Virus record (IMG/VR): IMGVR_UViG_3300034104_003795
Location: 186,001-250,000 of that record
Length of the DNA: 64,000 bases
Strand: one strand, 5' to 3'
The translations under genes and the position numbers were made by a program. Under the pieces are notes generated by a model. The model was not told the DNA's origin. It made no database searches and worked only from the letters and a program-made list of their open reading frames with translations. Shown here in pieces: positions 1 through 10,183 of the stretch; position 1 is the first letter of the stretch, and every line of letters begins with the position of its first letter.

Positions 1-210
1 TCCTAACGCATCAAATGGTGCCGGTTTAATTGCTTGTGGTATTACCTTTTCAACTTCTTGCGCAATTACTCCAATATCATGTCTATCAATTGGATTAAAC
101 CCTAACGAATCAACCATCTCTTTCCAATCAAAATAAACACCTCTTAATTGCTTCAACATTCCCAATGCATCACTAATTGTAGTAATATTTTCTTTCAATC
201 TTTCATCCGA
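1..210 (-). other. Peptidase S74 / intramolecular chaperone autoprocessing domain (partial)
   Basis: SDERLKENI...LRGVYFDW...IGVIAQEVEKVIPQA matches the characteristic S74 signature of phage tail fibres and tailspikes. Confidence 0.88.
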
Positions 211-3200
211 TGAATATGCAACAACGTTACCAGCTGCATACATGTCACCGCTAGCGTTTAACTGCCATCTGTTATTTGACATTGACCAGCCACCAATACG
301 AATCCAGTTATCACCATCCAATCCCATATTAGTTGCAAATACACCGGTCTTATGCCAAGATAAGAATGCAGAGTTATTACCTTCCGAATATGCCTGTAAG
401 TTGGCAGTATCGTTCATATAATAACCTCTATTTACATTAAATTGGAATTGGTTATTTGACTGAGAGAATCCACCATTAGTATTTGTGTATCTAAATCTAC
501 CATCACCTGCACTAGAACCAAAGTAGTATCCAGTATCATCTAAATCATAGTAAATTCTTGCTTGTATATCGGAATTTACTAAAACAGTATTACCGGTGTG
601 CCAGTTAAGGTACATTGGATATCCTGGTCTAGCATCAATATGTAAGTTACCGTTTGATGTGAACATTTGTGCCCAATCACCTATATGGTTGTTAGCACCA
701 ACTCTTAAATAAGCTCCCCACCACCAGTTAGGTCCGTGAAGTGTACCACCTCTGATTCTTAAACCTTGGTTATCGGTATTGTGTTGGTCTAAATAGTATC
801 CAGTATCTTGGTTATCATAGAAAATTGGTGCTCTCAATGAACCACCTGCTTCCAAATATTGGTCTACATATACACCCCATCCGGTTGTTACCATTCTTCT
901 GGAACCTGCATAGTACATATTCAATTCAGCACCACTCATATACCAAATCCAACCTCTAGCACTATCATGTAAACCGATATTATCACCCAGTGTACTCATT
1001 AGAGTATATCTACTACCCACACCATATCCATACCAACCATTTCTGCCACCACCATAAGTTGCAATATGTCCATAAGGGTTACCCTCACACTCCGGTGACC
1101 AAATACCTCTACCATACGATTCCCAATATACACCGGTACATCCTTGTGGTCTGAACCAGTTATTTGCTAATACATAGTGAAGTTGAGATGTACCATTAGG
1201 GTCTAATCTATATCCAGAATCATTTCTATCATAATAGATATTAGAATAAATTTCACCAAATCCATACCCACCATATCCATTCATTTCAATATATCCATAA
1301 TATCTGGTTGGTCTATTGGTGTAATACTGCATATAAATGTCATATCCACAATATGAATCTATGTGTAAATTTCCAGGTAAGTAAATTCTACCACAACCAT
1401 TTCTAGATATAATTTCAGAATCTACAGTAATTCTACTTAATGCAGAAGTACCATTAGGGTCTGAATAGAATCCTGTATTATTACTATCATATACGATTGT
1501 AGCGTAGAAATCATTAGAATATTCATTTAGGCCATACATTGCTATTTTTCTCCAACCAGAAGGTGAAGACCAAACATTTCTAAACCATAATCCACTAATA
1601 GGTCCACCAACCATTTGCCAACCATATCCACAACCATATCCACAAGTGTAGTGAGCCGTTTGAATACCAGTCCAGTGAGATGTACCCGCTGGTTGGTTAC
1701 CAGGGTTACCCCAGCTATCAAAGAATCCACTACCCCAGTTCCAAACGGAGTTAAGGTCAGTTGTACCCCAACCCATTGAACCAACCCAATAGTTACTATC
1801 ACCAGTGAAATCCCAACGAGGTGAATTATATTTTGCGGTATTACCCATAGAAGCTTTTGTTCTATCGGTAAATCTATTCATATTGGATGTACCATTACCA
1901 TCAAAATAGTATCCAGTATCGTGGTCATAGAATATAGAAGCTCTAGCATCTGCATCAAAGTAAACACCATGCGATTCAGTTACCATTCTACGGTTTCCAG
2001 CCCAATGCATTTGAAGCCTTCCACCTTCCATATACCAAACCCAACCTCTAGCAGTGTCATGCATACCAACGTTATCACCACCGGTACTCATTAAGGTATA
2101 ACGGCTAAATATACCATATCCACCCCATCCGTTTCTACCACCGCCGTTTGTTGCTACGTGTCCATAAGGATTACCCTCACACTCTGGTGACCATAATCCA
2201 CGTCCATACGATTGGAAATAGAATCCGGCACATCCTTGTGCTCTAAACCAGTTATCTGAATAAACCGCACTCATTTGCGAAGAACCATTCGGGTCTATAT
2301 AATATCCAGTGTTGTTTCCATCATACCAATAACCGGCATAAAGGTCACCACCACCAACGTTTCTTCCATATAATACAATTTCATACCAAGGATATGTTGT
2401 ACCACCCCACTTACCTCTTAACCACCAACGGCTTCCAGCATCGTGTGCTCCTACCATCATCCAACCATAAGCAGTACCACCACCACCGGTTGCATAGTGT
2501 TGTCCGGATACGATACCTTGAGCGTGAACATATCCACCACCTTGCGGGTGGTCAGTGCCACCACCCCAAATATCCCAACCACTAAATCCACCTTCCCAAG
2601 CACTTGCCCAAGTTCCATAAGATGTTCCCCATCCATTTGTACCAGTCCAGTGGTTTGTATCACTTGTAATATCTCTACGATTTCCTCTTTCTCTACCTAA
2701 ATTAAATGCCGCTCTACGAGTATAATCTGTAACTGCGTATAAATTAGATGTACCATCCATATTAAGATAGTATCCTGCATTATTATAATCGTAAATAATT
2801 ACAGGTCTTATACCACCACTACCCGGTACTTGAATTGTATTACTACCCTCACCCATATACATTGTCATAGATGAGTTGTTACCATACCAGTGTTGTGCTT
2901 CAACTACATATGCTGAGAAGTCCCAACGAGGGTCATTATTTACGTTGTTTACTAATTTAATTCTATTACCAACAATATAGTTTGTACGAGATGTCGATGC
3001 AAAGTCACCATAATAACCACCATCGTTTGAATCATAGTAAATAGGTGCATACATTGCTCCACCAACGGATACAGTACCACCTATAAATGCACCACCGGCA
3101 AATCCGAAACGAGAGTAAGTTGCACCATTATCTCTTAATGCTAAATGATGGCCATATCCACTTCCATAATCATACGCCAAACCATACATATTTCCTAATG

Positions 3201-6200
3201 GCCAGCTTTCGCCAATTGTCCAAATTACTTTATCAGCGGTACCAGTAGAATTGTAATCACCCATCATACCACCTCTATTACGGCTTACTAAATAGTTGCT
3301 ATACCACATTCTACCATTTTGCTCCGTTTGATTGAAGTTATTAGTAGATGCAGGGTCTGCATAATATCCACTATTATTTTGGTCATAATATATCGTACCA
3401 TAAACGGCTCCCAATGATTGAATATAATCATATCCTATAATCCAACCATCAACTCTAAGGTTTAAGTTACCACTATCCGAACTCATACGGAATTCTCCAG
3501 CTACACCTATCAAATCGATACCAGAAACAGAATCCCAATGTGTATTCGTTCTGAATCTCATTGTACCACCATTGTAGTAAGGCATTCTTATCTCCGAACT
3601 GAAATCTCCAAAGTATGTAGAGTTTGTATCATAGAATATTGGAGCTTGAACGTAATCAACACCATAAATGTATCTACTTCTTAATATTTGAAGGTCTCCT
3701 GAAATCCAAGAATAAGAATCCGATTCAATATTTGCACTATATCCTTCCGCAACATCCATCACCCCATCGTAATATGCACCATTTTGTATTTTACGAAGAA
3801 CAACTTGTCCATAAGACCATGATGATGAACCATTACCAATTACAATACAATATCTACCATCTTTAAAACCAACCCTTACAGGCTTATCAGTATAACCAAC
3901 TACGTTTGCGTTATAGTTATACCAAGCACCATTCCAGTTATGTCCACCAACAATTACAGTTGCTGCAGCATTTCCATTATATTCATAAATGTCAATAACT
4001 GCGTGAATCATACCATAGTTACCACTTCCACCAGGGAATTTAATAATTACAGCACCAGTTGCACCACCACCTGCACCCCATACCGCATATGGTCTACCAA
4101 CTAAGTTTCTTTGTTTAATACCACCTTGAATTCTTAAAGATGTTGCAGTTGAAGCTGGGTTTAAGAAATATCCAGTATCATCGTAATCATAAAATATACT
4201 TGCTCTTACATCACTAAAATTTGTAGCAGAATTACCACCGCCATTTATACCACCATACAACCAGTTATATCCGGCTGAATAGATACCATTTGGATGCCAA
4301 GATGCATTACCCGTTCCACCAACGTTACCATTACCTCTATAAGAATAAGCGTAAACTTCATTCAGATTAGATGTAGATGCCGGGTCTAAATAATATGCAG
4401 TAGATGTGTAATCATAATAAATTGGAGAACGAACTGAGCCAAAGGAGTATAGGTTAGACGAACTATCCATATATCCTTTTTGTGAGTTTCCAATTCTGAA
4501 CTCAACATAACTTTCAGCACCCAACATTAAGTATGTAGATGAGTAAACACCAGGTGCTCCCCAAGCAGCTCCCAATCTCACATCACTAACACCATTACCT
4601 TCTGCATTTTGAACTCTAAATCCACTATCATTTGTATAAAACTTAACTCTATTAGATGAACCACCTTGTAGTACAAATCCACCATTTGCAGGATTCATAT
4701 AATATGTTGAATCATCTAAATCATAATAAATTGGTGCGTACATTGAGTTATACGAAATAGTAGCATCCGGTTGTAATCTAAAATCTTCACTGTTATTATA
4801 CGCAAATCTTAAATAATCACTTGCTCCATTATCAACTAATAAATTCCATCTATTACTTTCATCTGATGAATAAAGATTTAACCCATCATCCCAACTCGTA
4901 CCACTTGCCACTAAATTAGTTCTTCTAATTCTTGATGTACTATTTGGGTCAATATAATAGTTTCTATCATCATAATCATACATAATACCATGCATCGCAT
5001 ATGTAGATGTAGTTTGATTATAAGTTGTATTGTTACCAATTACACCAGAACCTAATGGAACTCTTGGAACTCCACCCGGATCAGCTACACTATATTCAAT
5101 TGAACCAATATTATCGTTATTAAAGTTCATGTCCGCAGATACAGACATTCTATATCGTACACCATCTAATAATAACATATAGAACCAATATCCACCACTT
5201 GCTAAATCTCTTGGACCAGCTTGATAGATATAATATCCATAAGGATTTTGGTTAGCGTTGTAAGAACCATGTTCAGTATAAAAATACCACATATTCTCTT
5301 GTCCACTATGCCATTCTCTTGAATTGATTACAAATTCTGCAGTACAACCACCATACGGGTTTGAACTATTATCAGTAATTGCACGAGATATCGAAAGTCT
5401 GACAGGAGAACCACCACTATTAAATCTACTAATACTAAATCTTACCCATCTTCTATTACCATTAAATGTACCAGGTACATCAATAAATTGTTCGTTTTGG
5501 TAAGTTTTATTTACCTGTAATGCGTTATATCTAGAAGTTGATAGCGGGTTTGTGTAATATGATGTATTATCTGAATCATAAAATATTGGTGCTCTAAAAT
5601 CAGATGATGCAAATGCTGTACCACTTTCGTTTACAGAGAATAATTCATTTGTTGATTTAATTGCATTATTACCAACTATAAATCTTACACCGGTATCATT
5701 ATTATTAGAGTCAATACTTACACGAACATCACCGGCACTTGCTAAGTTTAATATATTACCAGATGAATTATTTTGTATAACGGTTACATCATAGGTGTTA
5801 TCTCTATAAATACCAGCTGCAGTATCCGATAAATAAAATGCCCCACCATTACCGGCTGCATTTGAATATACCGAACTCTTTGCCCAAACAATACCATCGT
5901 TTCTAACTTCTAATGCAGCTCCACCAGTACCAACTCCACTTACGGCAAATCCTTCATTAGTACCCCCACCTGTCCAAATAATATTTTTAAGTTGTGCTCC
6001 TAAATTCGTAGTAGAAGTGGTTGTTCTAAATCTTGCTCCCCAAGTGTTTGGTTCATTATTTACAGATAATAATCCGTCATTTGGTATATTAATTGAACCA
6101 CCAACATTTAATCTATATGAGTTATTTGGTGCAGTACCTATACCAGTGTTACCTGCTATGTAAGCCTGTTTTGTACCCAAGCTTTGGTCAGTTCCAGAGA

Positions 6201-9045
6201 ATAAATAAAAATCAACTATATTATTTTCATCTTCAATATAAACTGGATAAACACTATCACCGGCATCATTTGAATATCCTTCAATATACAACATCACGGA
6301 ATTACCACTATTCCACGCACTATTGTAAGTTCCACCGCCTAATGAGAAGTTTTTAATATGACTAGCTACAGTACTACCAGCAGTACCACCCGTTATACTT
6401 CTATGAGTTAAAAGGCCTGTATTTGATATTGTAAATCTATTTGCATTATTTGTTACATCATAAAGAACAAACGAACCATCTGCATTTATAATAGAATAAT
6501 CGGAATCATTATTAGTATCCGTTAAATTAATTCGTGGATATGTGTAAGATAAAGTTAAATCACCATTAAGTGTAAGTCCAGCAAAAGTTGGAGAATCAGT
6601 TGTTCTTATATTCTGATTCATTAAATAAACTTCGGTTGCACCTTGTCCAGTATCAATTGTACCAGTAAGAACTACGTTTCCACTTACCGATAAAGTATTA
6701 TCAGCTGTCCATCTATCATTTGATTCATCCCAATAGAATGATACAGTTGATGATGAACCTCTTCTAACTTCAATACCCGCATTTTCAGTTGGTGTACCCG
6801 TTGTGAAGTTTGAATTAAGAGTTATAATATTATCCGCTAATAGGATTGTTTCAGTATTAATCGTAGTTGTTGTACCACTAACTGTCAAATCACCAGTAAT
6901 AATTGCATTACCAGTAACGGTTAATAAAGTTCCATTAAAAGTTAGATTACTTTCAACAGTTCCGTTTGGTGCAGTACCATTTAATGTAATTACACCATTA
7001 TCAGTTGTACCAGTTAATGCCAATAAACCAGAAGAACCCGAAGTACCTTGTGTACCAGAGCTTCCAGATGTTCCAGATGACCCACTACTTCCAGATGAAC
7101 CACTACTTCCACTACTTCCAGATGTGCCACTACTTCCACTACTTCCAGATGTGCCACTACTTCCACTACTTCCACTACTTCCAGATACGCCAGATGAACC
7201 AGAACTTCCAGATGTTCCACTACTTCCAGATGAACCACCACTGCCTCTTGTTCCAGATGAACCAGAGGTACCAGAGCTACCACTTGTACCGGATACTCCA
7301 GATGAACCACTACTTCCAGAACTTCCACTTGAACCACTTTGTCCAGATGAACCAGAAGAGCCTGATGTACCAGATGAACCTGAAGAACCAGATGTTCCAA
7401 CTGCGCCATCTTTACCACTACTTCCTGAACTTCCACTTGAACCACTTTGTCCAGAACTACCAGAACTTCCCGAAGAACCAGATGTACCACTACTTCCAGA
7501 TGTACCAGCCGTTCCACCACTTGAACTTGTTCCAGATGAACCAGAAGTTCCCGATGAACCAGATGAACCAGATGTGCCACTGCTTCCAGATGAACCACTA
7601 CTTCCACTAGCTCCACCCAATCCACTAGAACCAGAACTTCCAGATGTTCCACTACTTCCTGATGAACCAGAAGAACCAGATGAGCCACTACTTCCTGATG
7701 AACCAGATGAACCACTTCCACCACCGGCTCCAGTTAAACCAGATGAACCCCCACTTCCCGATGTTCCAGATGAACCCGATGAACCAGATGTACCATCTTT
7801 ACCAGATGTACCAGATGTACCAGAAGAACCTGATGTACCAGGTGTTCCCGTTCCTCCAGATATACCAGAACTTCCCGATGAACCGGCTGAACCTCCACTT
7901 CCTGAAGTTCCGGAAGTACCAGAACTACCCGATGAGCCACTTATACCAGATGTACCATCTTTACCAGATGTACCAGAAGAACCATCTTTACCGGATACTC
8001 CACTACTTCCAGATGAACCGGATGTACCAGAAGAACCCGATGTGCCACTGCTTCCAGATGAACCAGAACTTCCCGATGAGCCTCCACTACCAGATGTACC
8101 AGAAGAACCAGAAGAACCACCACTTCCCGATGTTCCAGAAGAACCTGATGAACCACTACTTCCGCTACTTCCACTACTTCCAGATGAGCCAGATGAGCCA
8201 GATGTGCCACTACTACCCGAAGTTCCAGAAGAACCAGATGTGCCACTGCTTCCAGATGAACCACTGCTTCCAGATGAACCTGAAGTTCCCGATGAACCTG
8301 CTGAACCAGTTGAACCAGAGCTACCACTTGTACCAGAAGTACCTGAAGTACCTGATGTTGCTGCTGCAAATCTTCTACTAATTCTACCAGTAGTTGTGTT
8401 TAATACCAACACCTCATTTGTTGTGTTATCGGTTGGTATTGTATCAGGAGTTCCAACAAATATAGAACCACTAATTGCTACACTTCCAGTAAATTCATGC
8501 TTATCAGAAGTTGCATCACCAAATTTATTTGAACCAGATGAATATATTACAGAAGATGAAATTAATGTTGTGCTTATTTCAGTTGATGTGATTTTACCAC
8601 TAACATTAATATTACCAATTATATTAGCATTTCCGGTTACATTTGCATTTCCAGTTAAAGTTAATCCACCACTTATATTTGTTGGTACATTTACTACCAA
8701 TCCGTTATTAGGTGAAATTTGTGCAATTGCAGAACCTGATTTTATTCTATTGATATCGCCAATTGAATCGGCTTGTATATTAAATAACCCACTACCATCA
8801 CCTCTAAATATTGATGCTGATATTGAGCCTGTTATTAATGTATTTGCATTAATTGTAAGTGATTCCGAAGATGGAGTATCAATTATTAATGTTTCAATTT
8901 TAGAAGCAGAAAAAGGTATCCCATTTATGATACTAATTGAATTTGGAGAAGCATTTATAACAGGGCTTCCACTAACATAAAGTGATATTACGCTAGAACT
9001 TACTTGATTTAATCCATTTGGGTCAATACCTATAAAACTACTCAT
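1..9045 (-). CDS. Giant tail fibre / receptor-binding protein, more than 3015 aa, with C-terminal intramolecular chaperone (Peptidase S74) domain; 3'-partial, runs off the window start
   Basis: ATG at 9045 (MSSFIGIDPNGLNQ...). The frame reaches base 1 in register (...APFDALG). The track lists no stop-terminated ORF from this ATG, consistent with an unbroken frame. Contains a Gly-X-Y Ser/Thr tract, about 15 YYxDPxxTS spacer motifs, and ...YSSDERLKENITTISDALGMLKQLRGVYFDW...GVIAQEVEKVIP at the end. Confidence 0.88.
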   Translation of the reverse strand, partial: MSSFIGIDPNGLNQVSSSVISLYVSGSPVINASPNSISIINGIPFSASKIETLIIDTPSSESLTINANTLITGSISASIFRGDGSGLFNIQADSIGDINRIKSGSAIAQISPNNGLVVNVPTNISGGLTLTGNANVTGNANIIGNINVSGKITSTEISTTLISSSVIYSSGSNKFGDATSDKHEFTGSVAISGSIFVGTPDTIPTDNTTNEVLVLNTTTGRISRRFAAATSGTSGTSGTSGSSGSTGSAGSSGTSGSSGSSGSSGSSGTSGSSGTSGSSGTSGSSGSSGSSGSSGSSGSSGSSGTSGSGGSSGSSGTSGSGGSSGSSGSSGSSGTSGSSGTSGSSGSSGVSGKDGSSGTSGKDGTSGISGSSGSSGTSGTSGSGGSAGSSGSSGISGGTGTPGTSGSSGTSGTSGKDGTSGSSGSSGTSGSGGSSGLTGAGGGSGSSGSSGSSGSSGSSGSSGSSGTSGSSGSSGLGGASGSSGSSGSSGTSGSSGSSGTSGSSGTSSSGGTAGTSGSSGTSGSSGSSGSSGQSGSSGSSGSSGKDGAVGTSGSSGSSGTSGSSGSSGQSGSSGSSGSSGSSGVSGTSGSSGTSGSSGTRGSGGSSGSSGTSGSSGSSGVSGSSGSSGSSGTSGSSGSSGTSGSSGSSGSSGSSGSSGTSGSSGTQGTSGSSGLLALTGTTDNGVITLNGTAPNGTVESNLTFNGTLLTVTGNAIITGDLTVSGTTTTINTETILLADNIITLNSNFTTGTPTENAGIEVRRGSSSTVSFYWDESNDRWTADNTLSVSGNVVLTGTIDTGQGATEVYLMNQNIRTTDSPTFAGLTLNGDLTLSYTYPRINLTDTNNDSDYSIINADGSFVLYDVTNNANRFTISNTGLLTHRSITGGTAGSTVASHIKNFSLGGGTYNSAWNSGNSVMLYIEGYSNDAGDSVYPVYIEDENNIVDFYLFSGTDQSLGTKQAYIAGNTGIGTAPNNSYRLNVGGSINIPNDGLLSVNNEPNTWGARFRTTTSTTNLGAQLKNIIWTGGGTNEGFAVSGVGTGGAALEVRNDGIVWAKSSVYSNAAGNGGAFYLSDTAAGIYRDNTYDVTVIQNNSSGNILNLASAGDVRVSIDSNNNDTGVRFIVGNNAIKSTNELFSVNESGTAFASSDFRAPIFYDSDNTSYYTNPLSTSRYNALQVNKTYQNEQFIDVPGTFNGNRRWVRFSISRFNSGGSPVRLSISRAITDNSSNPYGGCTAEFVINSREWHSGQENMWYFYTEHGSYNANQNPYGYYIYQAGPRDLASGGYWFYMLLLDGVRYRMSVSADMNFNNDNIGSIEYSVADPGGVPRVPLGSGVIGNNTTYNQTTSTYAMHGIMYDYDDRNYYIDPNSTSRIRRTNLVASGTSWDDGLNLYSSDESNRWNLLVDNGASDYLRFAYNNSEDFRLQPDATISYNSMYAPIYYDLDDSTYYMNPANGGFVLQGGSSNRVKFYTNDSGFRVQNAEGNGVSDVRLGAAWGAPGVYSSTYLMLGAESYVEFRIGNSQKGYMDSSSNLYSFGSVRSPIYYDYTSTAYYLDPASTSNLNEVYAYSYRGNGNVGGTGNASWHPNGIYSAGYNWLYGGINGGGNSATNFSDVRASIFYDYDDTGYFLNPASTATSLRIQGGIKQRNLVGRPYAVWGAGGGATGAVIIKFPGGSGNYGMIHAVIDIYEYNGNAAATVIVGGHNWNGAWYNYNANVVGYTDKPVRVGFKDGRYCIVIGNGSSSWSYGQVVLRKIQNGAYYDGVMDVAEGYSANIESDSYSWISGDLQILRSRYIYGVDYVQAPIFYDTNSTYFGDFSSEIRMPYYNGGTMRFRTNTHWDSVSGIDLIGVAGEFRMSSDSGNLNLRVDGWIIGYDYIQSLGAVYGTIYYDQNNSGYYADPASTNNFNQTEQNGRMWYSNYLVSRNRGGMMGDYNSTGTADKVIWTIGESWPLGNMYGLAYDYGSGYGHHLALRDNGATYSRFGFAGGAFIGGTVSVGGAMYAPIYYDSNDGGYYGDFASTSRTNYIVGNRIKLVNNVNNDPRWDFSAYVVEAQHWYGNNSSMTMYMGEGSNTIQVPGSGGIRPVIIYDYNNAGYYLNMDGTSNLYAVTDYTRRAAFNLGRERGNRRDITSDTNHWTGTNGWGTSYGTWASAWEGGFSGWDIWGGGTDHPQGGGYVHAQGIVSGQHYATGGGGTAYGWMMVGAHDAGSRWWLRGKWGGTTYPWYEIVLYGRNVGGGDLYAGYWYDGNNTGYYIDPNGSSQMSAVYSDNWFRAQGCAGFYFQSYGRGLWSPECEGNPYGHVATNGGGRNGWGGYGIFSRYTLMSTGGDNVGMHDTARGWVWYMEGGRLQMHWAGNRRMVTESHGVYFDADARASIFYDHDTGYYFDGNGTSNMNRFTDRTKASMGNTAKYNSPRWDFTGDSNYWVGSMGWGTTDLNSVWNWGSGFFDSWGNPGNQPAGTSHWTGIQTAHYTCGYGCGYGWQMVGGPISGLWFRNVWSSPSGWRKIAMYGLNEYSNDFYATIVYDSNNTGFYSDPNGTSALSRITVDSEIISRNGCGRIYLPGNLHIDSYCGYDIYMQYYTNRPTRYYGYIEMNGYGGYGFGEIYSNIYYDRNDSGYRLDPNGTSQLHYVLANNWFRPQGCTGVYWESYGRGIWSPECEGNPYGHIATYGGGRNGWYGYGVGSRYTLMSTLGDNIGLHDSARGWIWYMSGAELNMYYAGSRRMVTTGWGVYVDQYLEAGGSLRAPIFYDNQDTGYYLDQHNTDNQGLRIRGGTLHGPNWWWGAYLRVGANNHIGDWAQMFTSNGNLHIDARPGYPMYLNWHTGNTVLVNSDIQARIYYDLDDTGYYFGSSAGDGRFRYTNTNGGFSQSNNQFQFNVNRGYYMNDTANLQAYSEGNNSAFLSWHKTGVFATNMGLDGDNWIRIGGWSMSNNRWQLNASGDMYAAGNVVAYSSDERLKENITTISDALGMLKQLRGVYFDWKEMVDSLGFNPIDRHDIGVIAQEVEKVIPQAIKPAPFDALG
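7029..8358 (-). repeat. Coding low-complexity (G-S-S/G-T-S)n tract, about 440 codons, in the 1..9045 fibre gene
   Basis: Imperfect 9-bp periodicity (ccagatgaa/ccactactt/ccagatgta on +), Gly at every third codon, GC higher than the flanks. Confidence 0.92.
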
Positions 9046-9062
9046 CTACCTAATTTACTTTT

Positions 9063-9395
9063 TTATGATAACTCTAACGCCGAAATAATTACATCCGCAG
9101 ATGACGCTGCCGATGATACTACTGCTAAAGTATCTGTTGATTCCATAACTATTTTTTGTTCGCCACCTACAAGAACTACCGATGAACCTTGTGTAATTAG
9201 TGCATCTTTTACTAAATATACAGTTTTGGTTGCAGAAGTATCTGTCAATCTTACACTTACTGATATATTTTGTGCTGCCACATTTGCAACATTTACTCCG
9301 ATAATAGTAGTAGTGGTTGCTACTGGAACTGAATACACCGTTGTATTGGTTGTTCCAATTGAACCTGTAATACTATTTTTAAATACGTTTGCCAT
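9063..9395 (-). CDS. Small virion structural protein (110 aa, beta-rich)
   Basis: ORF track MANVFKNS...VIISALELS. Resembles the small MANxFKN-type proteins that follow AIALG-ending genes in T4-like aquatic phages. Paralogous to the two ends of the 22347..23264 protein. Confidence 0.75.
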   Translation of the reverse strand: MANVFKNSITGSIGTTNTTVYSVPVATTTTIIGVNVANVAAQNISVSVRLTDTSATKTVYLVKDALITQGSSVVLVGGEQKIVMESTDTLAVVSSAASSADVIISALELS

Positions 9396-9407
9396 CTATA
9401 TTTTATT

Positions 9408-9689
9408 TTATCCTAAAGCAATAGCATATGCTAAAGATGTATCTAGTACATTTACTCCATCTACTAAATATCCACCCGCAGTTAGGTTCATAGAACCCGT
9501 CATAATTACCGAGCCGCTTATAGATAATCGGTTATTTACAATTAAGTTATCAAATGATGCCTGTTGTACATCAATAGTTCCTTTAAAAGAACCTGTCAAT
9601 GAACCTGTAAACGAACCGCTTAAATCCGCAAAAGCGAAATTTCTATCTTGTGAAATTGAACCCGAAAATATGGGATTGTGTATTACCAT
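9408..9689 (-). CDS. Small virion structural protein (93 aa) ending in ...LAYAIALG
   Basis: ORF track. SGSFTGSLTGSF motif is shared with the 3729-aa protein. Preceded by the late-type motif at 9715. Confidence 0.7.
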   Translation of the reverse strand: MVIHNPIFSGSISQDRNFAFADLSGSFTGSLTGSFKGTIDVQQASFDNLIVNNRLSISGSVIMTGSMNLTAGGYLVDGVNVLDTSLAYAIALG

Positions 9690-9714
9690 TTTACCTGCTT
9701 ACTTTTGTTATAGG

Positions 9715-9723
9715 TATAAATAT
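9715..9723 (-). promoter_or_regulatory. Putative phage late promoter motif (ATATTTATA on the coding strand)
   Basis: TATAAATAT on + in a short intergenic gap; the same motif recurs upstream of many genes in the window. Confidence 0.6.
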
Positions 9724-9738
9724 AAACGAATCCGTCTT

Positions 9739-10182
9739 TTAAGGTTTAATTGGCCATTCAATATTAAACGGGTCTATTTGGGTTGATATATCTCTTAAAT
9801 TTTGTCTGTATTCTGTCCAAACTGATTTGATTTCAGTTGGTATGTCCGATAATTGAGTCCAATCACACTCTAATAATAGTTGATTTCTAATATCTCTAAC
9901 TTCAGCCCATTTTTCTTCTATTCTCGTATTGATTAATTCCTGGCTTGCATCGGTTGCTACCCAATTTTGATAATAAACTCCTTCAATTAATATAGGAGTT
10001 TCTTCGGACACTATTTTTGTGTAGTTATTTGGTTTAGGAGTCTGTCTTACTTCGTACATATCCCATGATAATAAATCATTTTCAGTAAGTTCCGATGGGA
10101 ACGTTACATTTTTATTATCCGTTTTTAAATTTTCAATAGAATACGGATATTGAATTTCGCTATTTATAATTCTTAAATACAT
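9739..10182 (-). CDS. Phage tail (fibre) assembly chaperone
   Basis: C-terminal WAEVRDIRNQLLLECDWTQLSD...WTEYRQNLRDI...IEWPIKP is the signature of the Phage_tail_APC family. Confidence 0.85.
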   Translation of the reverse strand: MYLRIINSEIQYPYSIENLKTDNKNVTFPSELTENDLLSWDMYEVRQTPKPNNYTKIVSEETPILIEGVYYQNWVATDASQELINTRIEEKWAEVRDIRNQLLLECDWTQLSDIPTEIKSVWTEYRQNLRDISTQIDPFNIEWPIKP

Positions 10183-10183
10183 A

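Noticed and set aside
800-2330. Duplicated module as a possible DGR template/variable repeat pair
   Set aside because: Both copies are in frame in the same gene, differences are not confined to adenines, and no reverse transcriptase is present in the window.
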